DNA of 50,244 nt, counting the filler, from Streblomastix strix (lineage: Eukaryota): NCBI GenBank assembly GCA_008636045.1. It is 3 parts of 3 records of this genome, joined end to end, with 100 filler letters (N's around TTAATTAATTAA, not from the genome) between each part and the next. Parts side by side here need not be neighbours in the genome. Positions count along the whole stretch, not along the records: positions 16,792 to 33,475 come from SNRW01000776.1; positions 33,576 to 50,244 come from SNRW01000777.1; 1 more part is not named here. One strand, given 5' to 3'. Position 1 is the first letter of the stretch; each line of letters opens with the position of its first letter. Position numbers and translations under genes: made by a program. Shown here piece after piece: positions 23,960-34,881 of this stretch. The notes below the pieces were generated by a model. That model saw only the letters and a list, made by a program, of their open reading frames with translations. It was not told the DNA's origin and made no database searches.

Positions 23960-25489
23960 ATGTATGTGGCACACAAGTAGGAAGGTGGGAGAATGATAAT
24001 TAAGGGATTTGTGGTGAAAAAGCTATTGAAACGGATAGCTGGTGGAGAACCAAGCAAAATACAATTTCAAAATGTTCAGCTCCAATTATTGATTAATATC
24101 CATTTATTTTACTCTAATGACATATATAATAGACTTAATTACTTTATTCAATGGATGAAACTTTTTGAAAGTGATTGGATGGAGATATATTTAATCGATC
24201 AAAATTCGATCTACTGATCTAAATATTCAATGGATCGAACATTTTTATACAATAATCATGATATTTAAGGATAAAGCATATATATGAAGCATAATTTAAG
24301 ATTCAAAATGCCAAACTTGAGATTAAAAAAAATAATTTAATTTGAAATTTTATTTTCACTTATTTATTTATTTTACAGGTCTAAGCTATTACTCATCATT
24401 GCGCTTGCTGTCTTTTCATTCGCACGTCCAAGGCCAGTTGTAAAAGCTGCTGATCCAGCATATATTTATTTTGATTCCCAGAAAATTGTTGAAGATAAAG
24501 TTGTGATCTAATATGCAGAAATTGATGGTGATTCAGGATTCACCTAGAAAGTGAAAATTACTGATATAACACCAATCAGAGAGAACGTAACAACAGCAGA
24601 AACAAGCTACACTGCATTTGCTACTGGTACTTTTGATAACTTGAAGACAAGTAAAGCTTTCACAACAGGTTGTGCTCTAGTAGCTTCCATCCATAGTGAG
24701 GGAACATATGGTTTTTATGGTTATGCAGCCCTTGCAATTAAAGGTCTCGATATTGCACCATCAATCACAGGTCTTGTCAAATTTGGTCCATCTGAAATCA
24801 ACTATGGCGGTGTTCCAGAAACAGAAACAAGTGATTATTATGACAACGTTACACTCACTAAAACTTGCGATTCAAAAGTATACGAAATTGACTATTTAAC
24901 ATATGGACTGAACACATATGGCATTTATAGTGATGAATGCATTTCCAACAAAGGAATACCTGAAGCAATACCAACAGCATGCGAAATAACTGAAGATCCA
25001 GTTCCTGATTCAAATGCACAGGCTGCATTCACATCAACCTTGAAAGGTTACAGGGAAGGATTCTTCTTTAAAGTCACACCAGCAACATTGAAAGATTTAC
25101 TCATCCGCTTTGGACCTCTTATTACATACTCAAGTGATAGATATTCTAATGTCTATAGACTTCTTGTTGGATGGGATGCAGGCAAATGGGTTGTGGTGAA
25201 GGCATCAGGGGACACATACGTTCTTGACAAGACCGAAAATGTAGAAACCACAGGTACTTTTGATGGTATAGTTATCCTTGATACTGATGCAATTTTGTGC
25301 AAGGAAATAACTGCTGAAACACCAAAAGAACTCTGCTCGTGCCCATCAAAAGACGACAAAGAAGCATATGATGCGGATCCAAGAACAAAAGACAAGAAAA
25401 CGGGCATTTGCGCTGCAGGAACCATGAGAGCTGCATGGGCTGTTGTAGTGGCTGTTCTAGCCGTTCCAGCTCTGTCACTCTTCTGGTGA
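23960..25489 (+). CDS. Predicted GPI-anchored or membrane surface protein with degenerate papain (C1A) fold, ~370 aa
   Basis: Proposed splicing AT(23960-23961)|intron 23962-24378|G gives MSKLLLIIALAVFSFA (signal peptide). The frame is open in code 6 to TGA 25487-25489. It ends in a Cys-rich stalk (CSCP...DPR...C), small residues AAG and a hydrophobic tail AAWAVVVAVLAVPALSLFW. The main exon is certain; the first exon is inferred. Confidence 0.8.
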
Positions 25490-26139
25490 GCTCTCTATAT
25501 GGGCTGATTCTTACTCCCTTAGCTTTTTTTTTTATCTTTCTAACCTTTATATTTACCATACGGAGCGCCAATCCGCTGATTAACAGTTAACCATCCCCTT
25601 AAGTTATACTTTTTATCTCCCTGTCGGACGGTCTATTTATTTTTGTTCGGGGTGGCCTCTATTAATAAGTGGCGACCTTGCTTCTTGTATGACAATTAGG
25701 TGCCTAAAACGTTCGCAATAAAGCCAAAAGGCTTGAGTAATACGATTTGGATTGATTTTTATTTTATTCGATTTGATAAAACAAAACTGAAATCTCTCAC
25801 AAATGAATTTCCATCTTGAACTCAAATCCTTTATTTATTTATTCTCATTTCTTCAATAACTAAAATTGTTGGTATTCCAGTGTTTGGTTGAGAAGAAGAT
25901 TATTAATGAATAATAATTGGAAGTGAATTGTTAGTGTTCTTCAAAAGAAAAATACTCTGTTGCAACTTCTACTGAAAGTGAATGATGAGATTCATAATCA
26001 CATTCTAATCGTTTATCATTAAATGAATATGAATCAGGATTATGATCAATAACAACTTTTAAATCATTTCTGCATGATTCATTTAATGTGTATTCAAGAC
26101 ATCCTCGTATTAATAATCCTGATTTATTTAATTATTTGT

Positions 26140-29100
26140 CGTTGGAGTAATATCAATATCAAGTACTTTGGCTGCTTGAGTAGCTACTGCTTTTGCTAGA
26201 ATAGTAAGAGCATCTTTATCAGATTGAATTGATCTGAGTTATGAATCTAATGATGATCCACTACCAACTGATCCATCTTTAGAATCAGTATCAGATTTAT
26301 CCTTAACTGGATGATCCTCAATTCATTCCATGATATTATCCTTTATTCCCATCTTGACTATTCTTTTTAATTAATAAAACCTTATCTTTTTCAAGTTTCT
26401 CTCGAATATGAATCAATCTGGCTGTTCCAGCTGAATTAGCCATGAATTCAAGTAGATGAATCCAATTCACTTTGAATACACCAATGTTTGTAGGTACTGT
26501 TCTTGGTCTATGGAATAAGTTCTCATTCAAGTATCGAATGTTTGCGATATTTTCTCCTCCTTCAAAAAAGTATATTGGATGAATCGCTTATTGTTGAGGG
26601 CGAAGTGAAAGAGGCAATAAACCATTTGGAAGAGATATGTAAGATTTAGATGTCTAAATAGCTAATGAACCAGTTAAAGACTTTGAAGGAGGAATCTTCC
26701 CCAATCTTTCTCCTTCAAGATCAGCTTATGCTTCTAAACAAGTAGACAATACTTTCTTTGACCATCTCACAGTCTGAGGGAAGAAACCAAACTATGTCAT
26801 ATTCTAACCAACTGTCTCTGAATTATGATGTACATACCCATCACATTATATAACTCCCCATTCAGCTGCAATTCCTGGAAGATTGAGTGATCTTCTGTGT
26901 AGTGTTAATGAATCTAAGAACATATTGGCACATGTATAATTAGCTTATCCTTATGTACCAACAACAACATTCAGTGATGAAAGCATCACAAATATGTCAA
27001 TTGGATCTTTATGTTTTAATGTGTCATTGTGAAGTAACCATGCTCCTAATGCTTTTGGTCTAAGTACTGTTTAGAATGATTTATCTGTTTGTGAATGAAG
27101 ATATCCATCTTATAAGACCATAGCTCCATGTATTATACCACGAAGTGGAGGCATATTAGATCTGATATCAGAAAGAAGATCTGATATTTATTATTCATTA
27201 CTAGCATCGCACTTCTTCACAATGATCTCAGCTTTGTATTTCTCTCTAAATATTATGAATTATTTCGCTTGATGAGTATTTGATTCACCAGATCTAGAGC
27301 ATAAAACAAGATGTTTTGCTCAACCATCCAAAAACATTTTCGCCAATTCTAATGAAAATCCAGCTGTTCCTCCAGTAACTAAATATGTTCCATCATCTCG
27401 TACATAACTTCCTTATGCACACAATGGTATTACTGCTCTATTCTTTGGAAGTGCAGATTATGAAAATCCTTCATCAATGGGGAAAAGAACGACTTTTCCT
27501 ATATGTTGAGCAGATCCAAGATAAGTAAATGCATTCAATGCTTCATTTAGTGGGAATACATACTCTTGTTGGAATTGGTTTAAAAGTACCAGAACAAAAT
27601 AATTTCGAATATTCATTCATTAATTCACCCAATTCACTATTTTTATTTCCTCCTACAACTCCATCTGAATCTTTTTCTGATAGAATCAGTTCATCAATAT
27701 TAACAGTAAAATATGAGACATTATTTTTCATTGGTAGAATATTCTCATTCGTTCCACCATACAAATCAGCTTTCCCAATTTCAATAAATGTGCCTCGTGG
27801 TGCTAAACATTTCAATCCAGCTTCAATGAATTGTTTACAAGCGAGTGAATTAAGTACAATATCAATACCTCGTCTATTAGTTGCATTCAGAATATCTTCA
27901 CAGAAGGATGTTGATCTTGAATTGAAAATATGTTTAATGACCATCAACTCAAGAAATCTTCTCTTATGATACTATCCAGCTGCACAGAACACTTCAGATC
28001 CAATATACTTGCAGATGACAATTGTACACAACCTAACTCTACCAGTTGCTGCATGAATAAGAACTTTATCTCTTTTAAGAATTCTAGCTTTGACAATAAG
28101 TGAATAATATGCAGTTGCAAGTTCCAATCCCAAACCACCAAGTTATTCCCAACTAAATTCATCGGGAGCTTTTCCTACAGCTCCAGATCCTACAACAACA
28201 TATGATCCAAATGATTCTCAATTTACACCAAACACTCGATCTCCAATTTTAACTCTCTTAACATCATCTCCAGTTCGTGTTACTATTCCTGCAAATTCCA
28301 ACCCAATAGTTGATCCCTATCTCGCATCTGGAGGAAGCCTTCCTTCATATTATAATATATCTCTGTATGTAATTCCTGCTGATGCAACTCTAACTTCAAC
28401 TTGATTCGCTTTTAATTTTGCTATTCATTGTTTCTCTTCAAGAACTAATATATGAGGTGAAGGAGTACATAATGCATAGTTACCTTCATTTGAACTAATT
28501 TCTCCAAGTATTGCATTCATCTCACTTTCATGCTCAAGTTCAACAAGTCTTTATCCATATATTTTATTGCCACGAATTGCAACTTCAGTTTCTGAATCAG
28601 GGATTATTAATTATTTATTTTATATTTGCGACTCAATTTATTCTTATATTTCTGGTTTTTCTTATGAAGCTGATTATGCAATTATATTAACCAGAGTTTA
28701 TAATTCTAATCTACCAATATTTACAGGTAAATCAACAGCTCTTGGATGAACAGTACTCATTTCATTTAAGATACATCTATTCAAACCCCAAACAGTTGCT
28801 TATTTTAAAATAACTTCATTCTAAGCCAATATTCTATTCTCCCCATTCTCACCCTCATTCTATACTCCACCCCAAACTCCATTAGTTATAGTCCATGTTT
28901 GTATATTGGATGAGAGTAATGGTTGATGTTGATCTTATTCATCAGAGATCATTAATGTTCTGACAGTTGCATCTTCAAGAGAATGAACAAGATATACAAG
29001 TGAATATGTGTTGATTGCAAATGATCTTTCTACATCCTATTGTGTTTATGGTACATGCGGAATATCAAGTGACCAAAGATTAACAATTGAAATAATTGAT

Positions 29101-32100
29101 GGAAATCCTGCTTTGTCAATAGAATCCCAGATTTAATCATATCCATCTTTACTGCTGAATGGATTTTCAATTTTGACCGTAATGAATCTTTATGAAAGAA
29201 GTTTAATCTCTTCTTCAAATAGAAGATCTCCTTCGTTTATGATTGTTTATTCGTATTAAGTCTTTTATGCTTTTTAATTAGAAAGATTTATAAACAATTA
29301 CAAACAAGATTCATTATTAATCTTATCAATTCCATTCTGCTAATTATTCCAAACTCCAATTACAGAATGACCTTCTCTTAATAATCTAGATATAATTACA
29401 CTACCAATCTATCCTTCTTCTTCAACAAATATAACAGATGTTGATAATGGAGATGCTTGTATTAATTTCTCTGTTTGAGCTATTTGTAATTCTTTGGCTT
29501 TTTATTTTGCATTTTATTCTTCATTCAAAGTAATTGATGGAGTTTATGCAACAATTACACCCATTCTTCCTTCTGCTTTATTTGTTTCTTATTCATTTTC
29601 ATTCCAATTATAAAATATCTTAATATCTGCATATCCAGAATCAGTGAGAACTTTATTCCATTTATCTGGAGTCAGTAATGGATGATGTCTAAGATTGGTA
29701 TCTTCAAGTGCCCACCATCCTTTTGTAAGACCAAATAATATATCAAGCCATTTGAACCCAGAAAGTGCTTCTAATAGAATTAATACATCTCCTGGTTTCA
29801 GAATTCCTCTGACATTCTCCAATGATTGTTGAAGATCTCTTGTTGCATGAAGTACATTTGCAGCTACTACTATATCTTGTGAATTCTTTGATACACCTTA
29901 TTCCCAAGGAGCTTTCTCAATATCAAATATTTGATATTATATAAATGCTTTGTATTTATCAAACTTAGTTTATGCTTAATTTAAGAATGATTTTCCAATA
30001 TCGGTGAATACATATGTTGTATTCTTCGAATCAAGTTTCTCCAACAATGAACCAGTTGTTCCTCCAGTTCCTGCTCCAATTTCCAGTATTTAAAGTGACT
30101 TACTTGAATCACGACCAGATAAAATCATCTATAAGATTCCAGCTACAACTGCATTATATGGTCTGATTTCAATATCATCCCTATAAACAGCATCAGCAGT
30201 GACTTTATCTGCAAAAATGAGTGAAATTAGATCAGTATCTCCTTTAATAACTTCTTCCATTCTCAATCCAACATCCATTATTAATACAACTGATGGTCTT
30301 GCTTATGGCTAATGTTATAATATAAATGAAGCTAATTCATATGGATCATTTGATGATATAACTTTCATCCATTCATCTTTCTTATTCTGAGTGAGATATT
30401 CAGGAGGTTTATATATCCTTATTAGATCATCAGCTTATTTGTCGTCATAATACTTTTATGTTGGTTGAACTTATACATGTTCAATAATTTCTACATCATC
30501 AAATCCAGGAAATGATTTTATATTAACATATCCATCATCCTGAAGATATTTGAGATAGAGAAGAAATAGTCGATTGAACTTCTCATGAATACCAAATGCT
30601 TATACAATATCAACAGCTGGTATATATTAAGGGAGAAGAATTGAACCATCTTATTGTATTCCAAATTTATCTTTCTCTTCTTTCCAAATATGAAGATCAT
30701 TTCTAAATCAACGCAATATTACAAGATCAGCTAGTCTGTTTGTTAATGGAATAACACTCTGCAACGTTTTAACCACACTGTATTCTTTCTAAATATCTTT
30801 CAAGAGTTATTATCCTTATAATTTTAAAAGTTCAGATTATTCTATAATTTTATTCTCTCTTCCAATTTATTCTTCATTTACAACTGTTACAAATTCCCAT
30901 CTATGATCATAAACTGGAGTTTCTTCACCTCCCATTAACCCAATCTTACCTCCTTTCTTTCCCTTCTCTAAATATTGTATTCTAACATCCTATAATGATC
31001 CATATACTTCTCCATCTTCATCACAACATGTCATACTCAGTCTTCCTGAATGTGGATCTTTACGAGAGATGGCAAAGATTCTGCGCATTGAACCTGGAAC
31101 TCTTTTAGCAAATCTGGCTCTATGAGCTTCAACAGGGAAAAATGCACCTCTCCAATCTCTTGCTGAAAGTCCAGATTATAAACATGAATCCATCATTGGT
31201 GGATACATCCATCCCCACCTTTCAAGATCTGCTGATTGAGTTTCTGAGTTCAATTCAATCAGACCAAGAGACATCAGGGGTCGATCAGGATTATCGATCC
31301 ATATCTTTCTTACTAATCTAAGTTCTCTTCCAAGTTCCAATCCATCTTTCCAGAGTTCACCATAGAAATTATCAACAGCTATTTCGTTAGGGCATGATTT
31401 CCTGATTAAGATCATATCAATCTTCTTGAAAGCATCATTCGGTGGAGATAATGGAAAATCTGGAGGAATTCCAGGTGCTAATTGAAGTACAGCTTTTTCC
31501 CTTTAAATGAGATCTTCTTCAAGTTCAATTATTCCTGTGCAGTGAGTCTGGAAATGACCTGATGGAATCATATGTGATGATAGAATTACATTGTATGAAC
31601 TTGTCTATCCACTTCTTGAAGCAAATCCTTCTTTCTAAATGGGTGAACACGATTTATTCACTGACTACTTCTCATTTGTTCATATAGAATGGTTTTCCTG
31701 ATCCAAATAATTGTTCTCCACATGAAAGAACACATTCAACATACGTTACACCAGGAACTACAATATTATTCTGTAATTAATGATCTTCAACCCATCTAAT
31801 ATGAGATATAGAAATATCTGCTTCCCATTATGGAATTGATGAAACTAATCTAATTCGAACAATTGGGTGATTTCTTCCCCATTATGGACCATGTCTATGT
31901 TCATATTGTTGAGGTGATTCATTCCAACATTTAGTTCTGCTCCATCCATATAATGGGAGATCAGATACAAATTTGTATTCATTCACATCTGGAGATGGAG
32001 TTGGATCTTTTGGATAATTTTGTTATTCATCTTCATCTGAATCAGAATCAGAATCTGATTCATCTTCACTTTCTTATTCTTTGGATTTATTTGATTTCTT

Positions 32101-33220
32101 TTTCTATGAATCTTCTTTTTTCTAAACATTATTTATTTTCTAATTTGAATCATTTGCTTCATTAATTAGTGTGAAAACAGATGATCTGAAATTGATGTTA
32201 TATCTCAATACAAACAATTATGCAAATGATCTCAGTAATGCTTCTCACTCTTTAAAATCTTCCCTGATCAAAGTTGGCACAACAATGCATGGCTTTTCTA
32301 ATTGAGCTAAAGTTTCATTGATGAATTATCTTAGAACAGGATGTGGATCAAGTTCTAAGAATATCCATTCGGATTATTATTCTTTATTATTATTTTATTA
32401 TTCATTTTCTGTATTTTTATTTTGAGTTATTTCAGCAGATGAAGTTTTACTAATAACCTCAGCAATGGCTTCAGTGAAATAAACTGGATTCCTTAATGAA
32501 GAAAACCAATACTTTGAATCTCTCAGAAGATGTTATCCTTTACTTTATTATCCTTCTTCCTTTGGTTTATGAGAAGAGACAGTTCCAATCTGTTGAAGTC
32601 TGGGTGTGATTCTGTTTAATGAATTAATAATATCATCACGGATTTAATCTACTTGATAAGAGTGCATAGCTTCTTCAACTGGGAGTTTCCTGCAGAATAT
32701 TCCTTCTTGATCGAGTTTCCTTAGTAGAGAAGTTAATGCAGCTTTATCATCAGATATATTATACATCGAAGGTGAAGTGTATCCTGCAAAATCAACTCTT
32801 TCAGCATCTGTCATTTTCCCTTTTTTGCTGTTTTTCTCTTTATCTTTCTGAAGTGAATCATTGTGTTATTTGAGAAGAGATTATAATTTAATCATATCCA
32901 TCTTCACTGCTGCCATAAATTCCTTTCCAGTAACTGAATATTACATCCTTGATCGAGTATAACAAACAAGAACAGCATCAGCAAGTGATAATGCACCTGA
33001 ACAATATGATGTTGCATCTCACCCAATGAATGACCAACAATTTATGATGGAATAACTCCAGCTGATTTTATGACTTCAAATAATGAAATTTGGATGACAA
33101 ATAAGATTGATTATAATACAAATGTCTCCCATCTTTGTTTTATTCTTCTCAGTAAACATTTCATTGATTATATTTAGTGAAGAATCAATTTGGTGGAATA
33201 ATTCACTTATCTTATTTATT
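26140..33220 (-). pseudogene. Highly reducing type I polyketide synthase relic: AT-DH-cMT-ER-KR-(start of ACP); KS missing
   Basis: AT: GHSLGE (33018-33035), AMHS, RNPVYF. DH: DHQLQNNIVVPG and PPMMDSCLQ. MT: LEIGAGTGG, DIVVAANVLHAT. ER: GLEFAG, VLIHAATG, DIVLNSL, FIEIGK. KR: TYLVTGGTAG, GQANY. Frameshifts near 33128, 33017, 31680 and 27558. In-frame TGA at 28425, 28218 and 27320. No introns noticed. Confidence 0.93.
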
Positions 33221-33227
33221 ATATTAC

Positions 33228-33475
33228 TCAATATTATTGTGGCCATTGCATAAATTGTGGCTGTGGAAGAAGTCCATTCTGCTGTGCTTATCCTGGAGTG
33301 ATATGTGGTTGTTAAAGTAATCCAGGAGTAATATTCTGCTGAATGGTACTTTGAGTTGGATGAGGAGGAAAAATCATTGATTATTGTGGAATAAATGAAG
33401 GAGATTAGTTAATATATTGCGGAATCTGTTATTAATTGTTAAGATTTGAAAAGAAGTAGTTTGAATTGAATTGTG
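33228..33475 (-). CDS. 3' end of an unrelated P/Q-rich protein (cut by contig end)
   Basis: ...QQQIPQYINQSPSFIPQQSMIFPPHPTQ...GLLPQPQFMQWPQQY-TGA in code 6. Confidence 0.6.
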
Positions 33476-33575
33476 NNNNNNNNNNNNNNNNNNNNNNNNN
33501 NNNNNNNNNNNNNNNNNNNTTAATTAATTAANNNNNNNNNNNNNNNNNNNNNNNNNNNNNNNNNNNNNNNNNNNN
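33476..33575. other. Artificial contig linker (44 N + TTAATTAATTAA + 44 N)
   Basis: Same structure as 16692-16791. Confidence 0.97.
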
Positions 33576-34275
33576 ATATATACAGTTGGCAGAATATACA
33601 ATGATTGGCAAACAATGAATATGCTTCAAGTTAAGGAAGTGATTTTGGCTTGGAAGACGATTTTCTCCACTCGCCACTTTGATTTACATTGCGTAAGGTT
33701 TCATTAATAGCTACTACTACTTATTTAATAATTTTATGATAGTTCTTATATCATTAATTGCAGCATAATCGAACAAATTATTAATTCATATTTTTCGCAA
33801 TAATCCCGATAGTCTAATCCAAATATTGGTGATAATATTAACGACACAAATATCTTCTTTCTTTTTCACACTACTCTTTCATATTCCTTCTTCTCTAACC
33901 CTTGAATGCTGCATTTAAAATTTTTATTTAATTAAAATGATATGCCTCACGCCCATGAATATTATTTGAAGTTTGAATCTTCTTCATTATTTATTATTAT
34001 ATAATATCAACCAAATTTACTTATTTAAATATACTAATTTAACTACCGCAAATTAAACTGCTATGAAATAAATAAATCTTCATCTATTGTTTCCTTATAT
34101 AGATGATAAATACAATCAAACATGTAATTTATATATTTTTCTGCTCTTATCATTATAATTTAAGAATAAACAATATTAAATCTATATTAATTGATTTTTT
34201 TTCACTTTTAAATATTTTCACAATTTCTTTTTAATTATTATTTTATTTATAATTCAACCAAAATCAGTTTTAGAT

Positions 34276-34881
34276 ATGGCAACAGTTACACCTGCTAAAC
34301 GTTCTGATTCAAAAAGTTAGAATTTTTCTATTAAATTATATTTAATAACTATCTTATTAGCACCAGGAAAGACACCTGCATCACAACAAGCATCACCAAT
34401 TGCAAGGTTATCTGTTCTCAATGAGAAAATAAGTTCAGTTAATTAAGATTAAGAGAAGCTTGCAAATAAGAAGAAATAAGAAGAAGATGAAAGGATAATG
34501 ATACTCAGAGACAATGTACTTAATATAGAATAGAGTCTTACTACTGAAATCAAGCAAAGATAAGAAGCAGGTCAGGCATTTTAGACTCAGGTTGATGAAC
34601 GAGCAGCATCAATGTAAGAGAGTTTTGCATAAAATACTAAAGAGAGAATGGCACTTGTTGTTCCTACATTAGAGACATTGACTGCAAGATTTGTGCCCGT
34701 TGGTTTGTGATTTAGAATGTAATATTAAATTATTTATTACTTTATATTTTGCATAGAACGTGATATACTAGAAAAGGATCTATAAATCAAAAGATTAGAA
34801 GAAGCATCAATTCTTCTTGTTAGACAAGTGGATTTATTCTAAGTTAACATTTTTATTTATTCATATTTATTTTTTCACTGA
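34276..34881 (+). pseudogene. SF-assemblin/beta-giardin family gene, N-terminal ~60% only
   Basis: Exons 34276-34315, 34361-34702 and 34757-34842: MATVTPAKRSDSKTPGKTP...ARLSVLNEKISSV...EEDERIMILRDNVLNIEQSLTTEIKQRQEAGQAFQ...LETLTARFVPVERDI...LLVRQVDLFQ. This is a P/S/T-rich head plus coiled coil with the EIKxRxE motif. After the next GT donor no further homologous exon is seen. Confidence 0.72.

Larger units (their letters stand above)
22296..24440 (+). repeat. Duplicated block, copy 2 (interrupted by two MITEs)
   Basis: Aligns by eye to 18016-19030. Confidence 0.9.

Noticed and set aside
18613..24217. Pair of similar ORFs (18613-18852 and 23993-24217) suggesting a small conserved protein
   Set aside because: Both lie in the duplicated non-coding block. 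An indel changes the frame between copies (YSRSEF vs YLIDQN) and the starts differ.
27320..28427. In-frame TGAs of the PKS as evidence for UGA = Trp or Sec
   Set aside because: One replaces a conserved Gly (DG*AKHL), and they co-occur with frameshifts and a damaged NADPH motif (HAATGRVRL). This is ordinary decay.
33576..33920. Possible exon(s) at the start of contig 3
   Set aside because: Too short, and frame and strand cannot be determined.
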